Positions 34,190-45,599 of a stretch of DNA of 64,000 nt are shown here, piece after piece (position 1 is the stretch's first letter; every line of letters begins with the position of its first letter). The position numbers and the translations under genes were made by a program. This stretch comes from Psammoneis japonica (Eukaryota), in NCBI GenBank assembly GCA_008632985.1, contig QPGO01000004.1, positions 310,001 through 374,000 of the forward strand, written 5' to 3'. The notes beneath the pieces are model-generated. The model was not told the origin of the DNA and ran no database searches. It worked only from the letters and a program-made list of their open reading frames with translations.

Positions 34190-37100
34190 TCAAAAGTGAA
34201 AGTCGTAGTCGTCAGCCATCGATCCCAAGGACTGGACTTTCTTTTTCTTCGATGGCTGACCATCAGCCTTCTTACGACGTCTTGCTTTCGAGCTTCGTTC
34301 CATTGACGAAATGCCTGACGCCTGGTGAGAAGAGCTCTTGTCGGAGCGCTCTTTCGTCCGAGATGCAGCCTTCCTCGACGATGTCGCTGCTTTGGAACTT
34401 GTGGACGCCGATTCACGACGAGGCTCCGCACTTTTCTTGTGCTTCACCAGGCTCCTACCTGAAGAATCACTTGAAGGCTTTCGAGGCTGGGGTTCCTGAC
34501 CAGACGACGAACTCTTGCGCCTGACAGCCTTCGAAGAGGAAGACTCAGTTGCCTTGGGTTCGCGAGGCTTGGACGAAGCGTGCGACCGTTTTTTCCCGCT
34601 TTCCTTCTGCTTCTTAGTCTTCTGATGAGTCTTCTCGGTTGGATCAGCAGATTTCCTCCCCGTTTCCCTGCTCTTCTTGCGAATTCTATTGCTCGATACG
34701 TCGTCATCACCAGAATGCCTAGACTTATGTGTCGAAACCGTCGTCTGAACCTGCTCGTTTCGGGGATCGTCCTGGCTCAGCTGAGTGAGGATGCTGGGAG
34801 TAGTCGCATACGATGGTTTGGCAAAGACGTCATCAACATATTCCGCATCCGATCCTTCGGCTACTACTATCTCATCGGGGGTAGCACCGTCTAGAGCACC
34901 CCAAGTCACCCTGCGGTGGGAACCAGAACCAGCGCGAGCTGTCGCTGATTCTTCTGCTGCAGCGTTTACATCAAATAAAGAAGCACGTCTCCCCAGAGAA
35001 AGAGAACTGTCCTTCTCCCTGCGCTTTGACTTTGTATGACGACGCTTGAGGCCGGAGGAGTCTCCTGATGCCGTCTCTACTTGAGGGTCGCTTCGACGTT
35101 TCTTTGGTAAACGTTCCCGGCTTTCGGACGAATCCTCGTCGAGCCGTTTCCTGCTCTTCTTGCGTTCGACTCTACTCGATGTCTTGGGCCTTTCACGCGA
35201 AGAAGATTTGATTGGCTTTGCCTCGTTGAAAGCCCGAGTCTCCGTAGCACCCTCTGACAGAGTCCGTTTGACCGTAGACACCGACAGCGCTCCGTCTGAT
35301 TTCGGTTTGGAGGAATTTTCCTCCTTTCCAACCTCCGCTCGCTTCAGTTTCTGGTGCTTCGACCTCTCGGTTCTTCGCCCTTCCTCCCTGCGCCTGACCT
35401 TGTTGGGAACCTCTTCATCGAACTCAGACGAATGGGAAATCATCTCACGTTCATCGCTATGACGTTGGTCTTTCGACGATCCAACCTCCGCTCGCTTCAG
35501 TTTCTGGTGCTCCGACCTCTCGATTCTTCGGCCTTCCTCCCTGCGCCTGACTTTGTTGGGAGCCTCTTCATCGAACTCAGACGAATGCGAAAACTCACGT
35601 TCATCGCTACGACGTTGGTCTTTCGAAGACGCCTCTTTCCTCTCTCGTCGACGGGCCTCGCGTTCTCGCTGCTCGGCATTGCGACTTCGGCGTTCTGCAT
35701 TCATTGCGGCTTTCTTCTTCGCAATCCTCTGAATCTCAAGGCTATGCTGAAGGGCTCGTAAACGACTTTCGCGATTCTTTCGAGCCGTTGCCACTTGCGA
35801 CTCACAATCACTTCGCAAGCCACTAAGTGATTCTTGGACGAGTTCGTCCTTACCCTTAGAGATATCGTATTGGACGATCACGTCTGAGAGGGTTGGACAC
35901 TCTGGTAGTGCGTAAGAAAGAAAAGATGCCAGTTAGTGCTTCGTCCATACAGAGTTACTGGAGAGGAGCTGAATGCCTTTTTACTTACGTTCAAGCAGGA
36001 GCGCGATCTCTGTCTTTTTGTCTTCGATCAGAATATTCTGCTCCCGATTATAGCTGTCGATATCGGCTTCCGTCTCGCACCCTATCTCTGCTGCGAGATC
36101 TTCCATCTCAATCTGCAGTTTCTCAACGACAACCCGCGCTGCCTCGATCTTTTCCTTTGAAGCTTCCGCAGCGGCATCGTTCTCGTTCTTTTGTCTTTTC
36201 AGGGTGTCACTTGCTTGTTTGGCTCTCTCGATTTCCGTTGAAAGTTGCGATTTGAGCTCGGTGATCGCTTGCTTCTTCCGTTCCGTTTCTTGTTGGCACT
36301 GCAAAAGTTTCTCCGATGCGTTGCGACTCGACTGAGCAACCGACTCTTCGGCTTCCAACATGGAACTCTGCAATTCTTCGACTTCGGATCTCACGCCGTC
36401 AAGCTTCGACTGAAACTCTTCTCGTGCTTGCTGTCTGCGGTTTTCGATGATTTCGGCCTCGTCTACTGCCTTCTTCAGCTCCTGATGCTGTTGCAGCGCC
36501 GCCTTCTCTTTCTCAACTAGTCTCGTCAAATCCTTGCTACACGAGGAAATCGATGTTTGAAGCGACTCGTTTTTCTCCTTCTCGACAAGAACTCGATCCT
36601 GCTCGACTTGTACTTGCGCTCGAATCGAGGAAATTTCAAGGAACGGTGGAGGATGCCCGTCTACCGGCTCGGGACTCTCGTCATATCCTTCCTCTCGTTG
36701 AATCTTGACGCAATGAACCCAGGATTCACGAAGCTCCTTCCTCTTCTCTTCTGTTGCTTTGAGGAGAATAGCCTTCTTCGCTTGAATATCAACCACGGCT
36801 GTTTCGTAGGATTCCAACTGGCTCTCTGCCAAGGTCAATGCATTGGCGTGACGGGTTTCGTTCCTTGAAACTTCCTCCGCGATGCCTTCCGCACGCAGTT
36901 TCGTCGAGGCCTCGAGGTCGATGGAGGTTGCAAGACTTTGGTTGAACCCACATGTCTCCGATAGGAGCTTTGCTGTTTCTTCCTGCAACTGTTTCGACCG
37001 CACACGAAGGTTCTGGATGGACTTGCGTAGAGACTCTTCACGGCGTTTCGCCTCGTGACGTTTCGTCACTTCCACCTTGGCTTGATCCTTCATTGAAGCG

Positions 37101-37961
37101 TTCAGCCGAGTCAGATCGTTCTCGGACTTTGTAGCGGCCCTAAGCTTCGACTCCAGCTTGCTACGAAGAGCTTGAAGAATGGTAGAAACGCTAAGAGCAT
37201 TTTTCAACCCCTTGTCAAACCCGCCAAGTGAGTCTCCCCATGAGGAAGTCCGTTGTTGGACGGAACCGAGCTCCCCAGTGCATTGAGATAGCACCTCGCG
37301 ACACCTGACAAGCTGCGCTCGTTTCTCTCCGTTCGAGAAAGTCAAAGATGTGAGCTCGCTCTCTAGCGCCGCCCGTTGCTGAAGCTTCTCTTGTTTGGCG
37401 AGCTTGATCGAGCTGAGCTTGCGTTGTGAATCCCTTTGCTGTTGCTCGAGAACGCGTAGGTCTTCCATCACTGTTGAGGTATATCACAAAGAGAAAAGAG
37501 AATGCAACCGTGAAAAACGAATTTCAGCAAACGATAGATCCATGATATCGAGCATTGTATTCGATTGGATGGACAAATCAATGTTTGTCGTCAAGGGAAA
37601 CGCGACACGGTCTCTACGAGGTGGAAGCAAGTTTCCCACCGACACCAGTACCACAGCCTACGCCCGGTACGTGGGACTCACCTTCTTCCATCGATATTGC
37701 GCCTTGCACTTGCGACTCGTTACGCTGTTCCTGCTGTACGACTGTCTCTTTCGCGTGATGCTGCTGCTGCTGTACATGACGCTCCTGCTGGCGTTGGATG
37801 CCTCCGCGTTGAACAGTATTACGCGGCCGCTGTATGAGCTGCTGCGTATGCCCACCACCGCCTCGCGGTCTTCCGATTCCCGGCGCTCTCGTCATGACGT
37901 TCCGGTTGATACCTTGCGATGACGGCATCCTACTCCTGTTCTTGGACAGAAGGAACGACAT
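34190..37961 (-). CDS. Large coiled-coil protein with Ser/Arg/Lys-rich C-terminus; 3 exons
   Basis: ORFs 37614-37961, 35981-37471 and 34190-35881 join in frame via GTGAGT/GTAAGT donors and CAG acceptors. Confidence 0.75.
35328..35630 (-). repeat. Intragenic tandem duplication, 2 x ~150 bp (in frame)
   Basis: SSKDQRxSDERE..SHSSEFDEExPNKVRRREEGRRxERSxHQKLKRAEVG occurs twice; period 153 bp. Confidence 0.9.
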
Positions 37962-38275
37962 GGTAGGAGTGCGCTATCGTCTTCTTGGTTCGATGTTGTT
38001 GTTATCCGTGCTGTAAGCCCTTCGTGATGGCAGTGCGTCGAATTGTGTGTGTCGTCGCGAAGGCTCCGTCGTGAATGCGTGCCGTGGCTTTTGTACTGGG
38101 AAAGGCGCAAGTAGAACCTCGTATGATTTCTACGGGAAGCGCGGTCATTGGTGCGAGATTGTTCGCGCGCCAAACGAAAATTCCAAAATTCCAGTCGACT
38201 TAATCAATACGTCTGGCTGGCTGCCCAGTGCCCAGAGTCCGCCAAAAAGCAAAGAGGAACAGGAATGTGAAACCT

Positions 38276-39358
38276 TCAGGATTCAGGCGGCACGGCTGTA
38301 CTCTTTTGACACTTTTCAACAATTCTCCCATCCTGTAGCTGCGTCAAGTCTTTGTGGTGCTTCGCAAAAACGGAAGGATGAGACCGTGCCAAACTCTTGA
38401 ACGTGTTGTCACCGACAGTTTCGAGCATGGTGTTCCCTTCCATCCGCCAGTGATCCTTTCTATCATAATCCTTTGAACGTTCCCATGGTAGCTCATCTAC
38501 ATTCGTAACGATCGATGAAACAGTTGTAGAAAGACTTGGATTGTAGAAAAGAGGAACAGATACTCGTGCTTGTTTTGAACCTGAATTTGCGAGGACACGA
38601 TGTGGCGTGGCAAGAAAGTAGCCTCCGCTAAACATTTCTGCTTGTTCGCCAAGATTGCAGACCAGCAAATCTTCGCCCATGTTGGTTGGTACGTCTATCC
38701 ATTCGCCTTGCGAATACACTTGAAGTCCTCCAACTTGATCTTGTAAGACGAGCGTTACACAGTTGGTGTCGGTGTGGGGTCCGACACCAAAAGATTGATG
38801 GCCATCATCTTCGGAGCAAGGAGGGTATGATATCAGCTTTAAAAACCAGTGGGGCTCCTTAAAGAATGAGTCTAGAGCCTTCTCGCTCAAGCCGAGGGCC
38901 AGACACAGAGCCTTTCGTAGGCAATCGGCGATACGGCAAACGTTTGCGACATACTCCATTGTGCATTCCTTCAAATGTGGCTGAAACGATTCAGGCCACT
39001 GGTTCTCGCCCATCAGTCTCTCGTATAGTGGTTTGTCTGGGCTTGTAGATAACTCCTCTTTGTATTCTTTGCCAAATTCAATTTGTTCTCGAATGTCAGT
39101 CTTCCCTCCGGTATTCTCAACACCCAGCCGCATGAAGCCTCGGAAAGATGGGCTGTTCTCATAAGACAACGTCATTTTTCTTTCTATCGATCTCGCTTCT
39201 TCAAGCTGTCGTTGCGCTAAACTTTCTGGAAGGTGGTGTCGAAGCAAAAAGAATCCCACACGATGACATGCGGAACGCAAGTCGTTGACAAACCGATCTC
39301 GGTCGGAAAAGTACTCGCCAAAGTCAAGAACAGGGATCGTGCTGAGTGATTTGCTCAT
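38276..39358 (-). CDS. 2-oxoglutarate/Fe(II) dioxygenase (isopenicillin-N-synthase-like)
   Basis: IPVLDF..ACHRVGFF, HTD...H iron triad (GPHTD, ATPHRV), RVS motif, GGLQV. Confidence 0.9.
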   Translation of the reverse strand: MSKSLSTIPVLDFGEYFSDRDRFVNDLRSACHRVGFFLLRHHLPESLAQRQLEEARSIERKMTLSYENSPSFRGFMRLGVENTGGKTDIREQIEFGKEYKEELSTSPDKPLYERLMGENQWPESFQPHLKECTMEYVANVCRIADCLRKALCLALGLSEKALDSFFKEPHWFLKLISYPPCSEDDGHQSFGVGPHTDTNCVTLVLQDQVGGLQVYSQGEWIDVPTNMGEDLLVCNLGEQAEMFSGGYFLATPHRVLANSGSKQARVSVPLFYNPSLSTTVSSIVTNVDELPWERSKDYDRKDHWRMEGNTMLETVGDNTFKSLARSHPSVFAKHHKDLTQLQDGRIVEKCQKSTAVPPES

Positions 39359-39875
39359 TTTAGAATAACTATTCGACTTTTGCTCACGCTTTATGCAAAC
39401 AATCCGTCATCGTCGCGTAGTGCTGGGTCAACGATGGACAATACAAATAGAGGCTGAAAGAAAGCAACGATCTCCGCTTCATTGCTTCTTTTCTTGATCA
39501 TGGGTTCGTTGTTCAGGTTGGAGGGAGTTCCAGATTCCAAAAAAGATCGCATTTTTCAAGAGGTGATCTCCACATCTCACTAAAGTACTCAAATGCTGTA
39601 GATTTTTACGTGATACCCCTCACCACGACAGACGACACCATCGGGAAGCGCGACGCAAGCGCGCAGGCCTGCGGACGGAAACGGTATCGCCGCGCGGGAT
39701 GCGCGTGTCATTTCTGGATTCTGGACGGATCTTGCCATGGCGCTGAGCTTCCGTCGGTGCTTGTTGTAACTTCTGCATACTGTACGGTAGAAATCGATAA
39801 GAAAACCAAGAAAACAGCTTCTGCTTCCTGATTTTAGTTTTAAAAACAACTTCTGAATTCAATTCAGCCACAGAA

Positions 39876-40959
39876 ATGACAGATGTTGATACGCCCCCAC
39901 CTGCTGCTCCGGCACCAATGAAGGAGATTTCCAAGGAAGAATTGGATGATGGCGAAGAGGACGAGGAAACAAGAATCAAAAGAGAAAGGAAACGAACCTT
40001 GTGGACTCGAATCACGCAAGGCTTTGCCGGAGGAAGTATCGGTCTGGCTATTGCGGCAATGGCTATTGAAGGAACGGCACTTCCGATTGTAGCTGGTATC
40101 ATTGCTGTCATTGTTGGAGGTGCTGTTATCAAGTTTCAATTCGATTTGCAAGACACAGACAGTACGTTCATTACCAGTGGTCTTCTGCACTTTGGGGTTG
40201 ACAATTACGTATTTTCGTTGGGCTCTCAAATTTAACCTGTTGTTCTCTCTTTGTTTCCTCCCGTCGGCCGTAGGTCTCCGTCGTGTTATGAACCTACTGC
40301 GGAAGGATGTGAATCGCATTCAGGAAGAAAACAACAAACTCGATAGTGAGATAGACAGACTTACAGTACAAGTGGGAAAGTGAGTTGTGCAGGAAAGACT
40401 TTGGGCTTTTTATGGATTTAAGTGTGTCTCATCTCATCGTTTTTTGCTGCTTTGTTCAGGCTCGAAGCTAGCGAAAAGAAATTACAAGATATCACAGCAG
40501 AGCAAGGTGCTAATGTCGACTCACTTGTAAGCCTGGTCAAGGAAAATGGTGAGATTTTAAAGAAGATGAAAGTGAGTAGTGGTCAATGATGATGCGAAGA
40601 TACATATTATGCGACTATGTACTGTTTTCCCTTACGGACTGCCTTTACCCGTTCAACAGGAGGTTCTTCGTGCTGAAGCCCTTCAGACACTCATGTCGGT
40701 TGTAATGGATAGTGATGTCGATAGTTCTTTTACTATTTCAGGTGCTGAAGTGGAAATTCTAGTAATGCGGTTGCAAAATGTGGAAGGCATCAAGTTCCAC
40801 GAGGAGACGTTTCGAGAAAAGCTTGGTGCGACTGACGGATCGGTAGGGACTATTGTCGAGCTCGTAAAGGATATGTATGACGAAGACATCCCCGAAAAGG
40901 ATCAAATCTTTGAGCTAGATCTTGAGCAAGTGTCATCAACAAGAGTGCTGGAACAGTGA
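39876..40959 (+). CDS. Hypothetical membrane protein (2 TM segments plus coiled coil); about 4 exons
   Basis: Hydrophobic hairpin in exon 1; GT-AG introns at ~40162-40273, 40380-40459 and 40572-40659. Confidence 0.7.
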
Positions 40960-41239
40960 GTATTCAGCCCGGCTCTACAGTCAACACGTAGCTTAATTTT
41001 CTAGTTGTAGCCAAGAATGATTTCAACTACTGAAGAAATACCACTGAGATGTTGGTGTCAACATTAGTGCATGCGGCACTCATGACTTTTACGAGTTGAA
41101 GTTGACATCGACACCATTCGATGCCGTTGTCCTTCACTTCTCTTCCTTTCCCCAACATTCGATTCGTAGATCCCCAATCTACGTGGCTTGCCTGTCATCT
41201 TGAAACCACAAGGCTCAGTTGCCAGACTTAGTACCCGCA

Positions 41240-43620
41240 CCTGGGAAACATGAATCATTGAACACATCTTGGGCTTGCTGCTCTTCCAAGTTGTGTTCAG
41301 CATCCACATCACATGGGTCTGCCCTCTGGCTCTTTCAGACTTGTTCCAAAATGGGTGGAACATCAGAACATCATCTGCTGTGAGTGCATTGTCATCTAGA
41401 TTGAGCATCTTCAGCTTTGGGAAAGAAACTTTCAACAAGGCATTGTCGCCAATCTGCCCATGCTCATTGATTGACAGATTCTGAGCAAACTCTGCTGGTC
41501 TCACCTTGTCCCAACATGAACAGAGCCTGAAACAAGGTAAAGAACAATCAAGCTTCAGACCAAATCCAAATGTTGCACAGAGAACAACACAAGAAGAACC
41601 TCTTGACATGACCAAACAATCCCAGATGGTCAGACTGCCAGAATTCAATGAACCACCAAACCACAACATTTGGTCTCTGTCCAAGAACACATGTTCACAA
41701 CTTGAAGTTGGATGTGTCTGCCAATCTCAAGTCTTTAGAATGGGCTGGCCTCACAAATCTCATTTGTGAACTCCACTGGGGGGTTCCAATTTGGATCAGT
41801 GCAGAACAAGCACTGGCATGTGCTGCACTCATTGTTGGCATCATGTCCAGGTTCTCTCACACATCCCTCAGGCTGTCGTGACAGATGCTGCAGCAGTGTG
41901 AACCACCCATTTCAAAACAACACAAACACACTTTTGGCTTGACTGCAGGATTGACAACAGCACATCATGCACAGCAGCAGCAAAAAAGTGAGCTGACAGC
42001 ACAAAGGCTCAGGCATTGCTGCCAGCACCCCATGCTGTCAGGTGTGAGCACAAGCTGCCTGGCCAAAGCCAGCTCAGTTGCAGTCACCCTTGCTCTCACA
42101 TTCAGGGTCAGAGTCAAGCGAGTTTGTTGCCATTCAAACTCAAAATTTTCAGTGACAGCAGCATGCATCTAAGAAAAATCAAACTCAACACAGGAGATGG
42201 GCCACATTGTTCACTCCAATCAATGTTGCTCAGGCCAAGCTCCAAGAGACATGTGCATTTGCTGGCCTGTGTCAGTGCACAACTGCTCAGCTCCAGATGT
42301 TTTCAGCCCCGTGCTTTGCACATTCGGATTTTCACCCAGATTGATGTCCGTGTCAGCTGGGCCAGGCTCCCAGAGATGTGCATGCATGCATCAGCATGTG
42401 GGTGTGTCAGTGCAAGAATGCAAAGCTGCTCAGCTCCAGACATTCCAAGCCCCCGGTGCTTTGCACATTTGGGTGTCAGCTCTGATTTTCTTGCCAAGCT
42501 CCCAGAGATTTGTGCTGGTCTGTGTCAGCACAGAGCACAGTTGCTTGATTCCAGAGACATTTTCTCAGCCTCCACCACCACTTTGCACATTTGGGCATGT
42601 GTGCCACATGAGCACATCTTTGTGTGGCTCTGCATCTTGTTCTGCAACAAACAGAAAAATGGCTGCCACAGCAAAGCACCATTGCTCCTCCTTGGATCAC
42701 TCTTTCTCAAACTGGTTTTCTGAAAAAAGGCAGCCTGTGGTGTGTTTTTTCTCAACAACAAATGCTTGACAACCCAAAAGTCACACACTTCTCAGCCACT
42801 TGCTGCTGGCAATGACAGTCTGCCACAGATGCTTGGCAGTGTCATCATCTTACAATGCTCTCAAAACAAGGGGGGCAATTGTGCAAATGACCACACATGT
42901 TTGTTCCAGACTCATCAATTTCTGTCAACAACTCTGCCATTTGGCTTGGGCAGTCATTGCCAAATCACACATTTCTTGGATGCAAGTCTCTCAGAATCTC
43001 ATGGTTGTGGTCCTCGTCACTGAGAGTTGCAACACACACCGCAGACCTTTCCCTTGCCATTCCTCTTGATTTGATTGCCACTCAGATCTGACACAGCTGC
43101 CTGACACCTCTGAAAGATTTTGTGTGGCAGTGTGCCTCCCAACCCAACAATGTGCTCTTGTCATGACAACTGTTTCCCAGAGAGACAATGACACACTTGG
43201 ATCAGTGGTGATGCATCTGAGATGAGGGCTTCAGATGATGTGAAGCAATTGTGACAATCCAGCTCTTGAATGGGAGTGACACCACTCAGGACCACCTTTT
43301 CAATGATGGCATTGGTGAGCACTTCCTTCATCTTCTCTTTCCACTTGAAGACAGTTTGTCCTGTTTCAGAGGAGCTGCACCAGCATCTCTTTTCAGCAGG
43401 CCCTTTGTAAAACTGCCAAGGTCAATTGAGAGGTTGTCATGGTCATGGCAGAGATGCTCCAAGACAAACTCTCATGCCCTGCAGCACACCAGCAAACAGC
43501 ATGGCACACCTCTGTGGTTGCTCACTCAGTGCGCTGCTGAAGCCACAAAATTGACCACGAAATGCTGACAGGGCAGTTGGAAGTCACGCCTCACTTACTT
43601 GGGAACTTTTTTGAATGAAA
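41240..43620. other. Hypermutated (TpA/CpG-depleted) block of unresolved, probably TE-derived origin
   Basis: Abrupt loss of TA and CG relative to the flanking genes; no confident protein motif. Confidence 0.8.
42234..42600. repeat. Degenerate tandem repeat, 3 x ~130 bp
   Basis: Units start GCCARGCTCC at 42234, 42361 and 42493 and share TGTGTCAG, TCCAGA and CTTTGCACATT. Confidence 0.75.
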
Positions 43621-43943
43621 CGTCACTGGCGGACAGAAGCTGTTGCCTTTACACTGCATTGTTTTATACTTTGTTCACAGATGCACTGGCATTGCTTGAA
43701 AATTCGAAATTGGTGTGAGACAAACATTTTCATCTCTCAGTTGGCGCTCAGAACACCTTTTACGAGTAGTCGTAGGATCACAGGTGCTACGACGTAGAGC
43801 ATAGAGCCAAAAAGTACGACTACAACGCCTGCAGCATGCCGGGAAAAGAAAGCCCGTGCCGCAGGAGAAACACAAACAGGCAGGTTCTACGTAGAAAACT
43901 TGAGCGCACACATACTTTTAATAACTTCTTGGTTGTTTCTTTC

Positions 43944-45167
43944 CTATGGATACGGGTCAACAATTGATCTCTTCTTCTTCTTTCGGAACTCCCAGAAACG
44001 TTGTTTGCGCAAGCTAAGGCTGCTGGTCCGGTTAGCAGTACGGCCTACTATTGCGGGAGTAGGTGGTCGGTAAGGTGCCTTGGGAATATCAAATTCTTCC
44101 TTGAGACGACGGAAAAAATCGCAGTCGATGCGGATGAGTTCTTGAGCAAATTCATAAACCATAACATCAAGCGCATTCAACATGCTGTAGTTTTCCCGAT
44201 TATACGAGCTGGAGTAGTTGCCGGAAGCAACACGATGATGCTCAATTTCTGTCTTATGAAAGCCCATGAATCCAATTATGTCCTCGAAGCAGATACTCGA
44301 CTCGACATTGATAATGAAATCAAATCGCGAAAGCATACGTCTCGCCATGTTGACGTGACCAATGGTCGGTTGAAAGCCTTCTGGATAATCAGAGCTACCT
44401 GCGGTCAAACTCCACGTCAAGTAGTTTGACTGAACAATCTGCAACCGTTCCGTCCTTCCCGCGTCGGTGAAGTTGCGCTTTCCGAAACAGGTCTGAGATA
44501 GCCACATGTTTACATTGCTAATTGCCCGTGCCACAGGTTCACGAATCGAAATCGAATGAGCAAACTCAGAACAAAACAAACTGTCATCATGATCAAGCCA
44601 TCGCTCATTTCCAATAAAGTCATACGGGGAATCTACCGCTTCACGACACGACAAGGGTTGACGTGTAGCGCAATAGTTGCACCAAAACGGACAAAGAGCT
44701 TTGTGCCGACAGAGCTTTAGTGGGGCCTTGAGTCCATTGTCCCTGACAAGCCGACAGAGACTGGTCCCGCCCGTCTTTGGGATGTGTAAGTTGTATTGTC
44801 TCATGTGAATCCGTGGTATAAATGCCTTAGCAAAGTACTGAAAGTGACGATCAAAGCAAGACGGATCGGCCAGAGTGACGTTGTGTCGCAACTCGTTCAC
44901 TTCCCATGGCTCCATCGTTCCCTGCCGGAGCATCTTTTCAACACTATCGCAATCGACTGGTGGTAAGGGATATTCAACAGGCAAAAGAGGCGAACTTGCT
45001 TCAATAACTTGAGCCGGCGGGGAATCGTCAGTGTACGGTGACTTCTGCGTCGTGTCGGCGATCTTGACGCAGCGTTCGTCTCTCATCACATATAAACCGC
45101 CGTTCATCAACGCCGATAACGCCAACAAGACACCAACATGATACGTAAAGGGAGTCGCCATTGACAT
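43944..45167 (-). CDS. Golgi-type sulfotransferase-like protein, paralog 1
   Basis: N-terminal TM anchor, 5'-PSB motif LHIPKTGGTS, 3'-PB motif IREPVARAIS, LNALDVMVYEFA. Confidence 0.85.
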   Translation of the reverse strand: MSMATPFTYHVGVLLALSALMNGGLYVMRDERCVKIADTTQKSPYTDDSPPAQVIEASSPLLPVEYPLPPVDCDSVEKMLRQGTMEPWEVNELRHNVTLADPSCFDRHFQYFAKAFIPRIHMRQYNLHIPKTGGTSLCRLVRDNGLKAPLKLCRHKALCPFWCNYCATRQPLSCREAVDSPYDFIGNERWLDHDDSLFCSEFAHSISIREPVARAISNVNMWLSQTCFGKRNFTDAGRTERLQIVQSNYLTWSLTAGSSDYPEGFQPTIGHVNMARRMLSRFDFIINVESSICFEDIIGFMGFHKTEIEHHRVASGNYSSSYNRENYSMLNALDVMVYEFAQELIRIDCDFFRRLKEEFDIPKAPYRPPTPAIVGRTANRTSSLSLRKQRFWEFRKKKKRSIVDPYP

Positions 45168-45528
45168 TGGTCGTCCTTACGCTGCCTTACGGTGCGCTCG
45201 CTAGTAGTGTTCAGCACCGAAACGCTAACAGAGAAAGTCAACAACTACTGTTGTTGCTGCCGAGCTCGCGATGCAACAGCATGCGCAAAGCCGACGTTTT
45301 GTGGAAATAAACAGCCTGCTCTTCGTAGCGCGTATCCCTGGTCCGCGCTGACTAATTGACCCTGTCGTAGCATTCAAAGGGAAGGAGAGCTATTGTCATC
45401 GTGAACTCGTTTTTGAAGTGGACACGCGACACGGAACACGGAGAAAGGAGTTGAGTGGATTTGGAGAGTTTTGCAGTGTTTTTGTGAAAATCATGTTGTG
45501 CCCCTGTTTTTGACAGAAACAATCAAGC

Positions 45529-45573
45529 AACGAACGAACAAAGCGAACGAACGAACGAACGAACGAACCGAAC
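45529..45573 (+). repeat. (CGAA)n microsatellite
   Basis: aacgaacgaacaaagcgaacgaacgaacgaacgaacgaaccgaac. Confidence 0.85.
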
Positions 45574-45599
45574 ACAACAAAGAATGCCACAGCCAGCCC

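Noticed and set aside
42234..42600. CRISPR-like repeat-spacer array
   Set aside because: Eukaryotic context, long degenerate units, no unique spacers and no cas genes.
43000..43560. Possible hAT transposase fragment on the minus strand
   Set aside because: No catalytic motif could be read with confidence.
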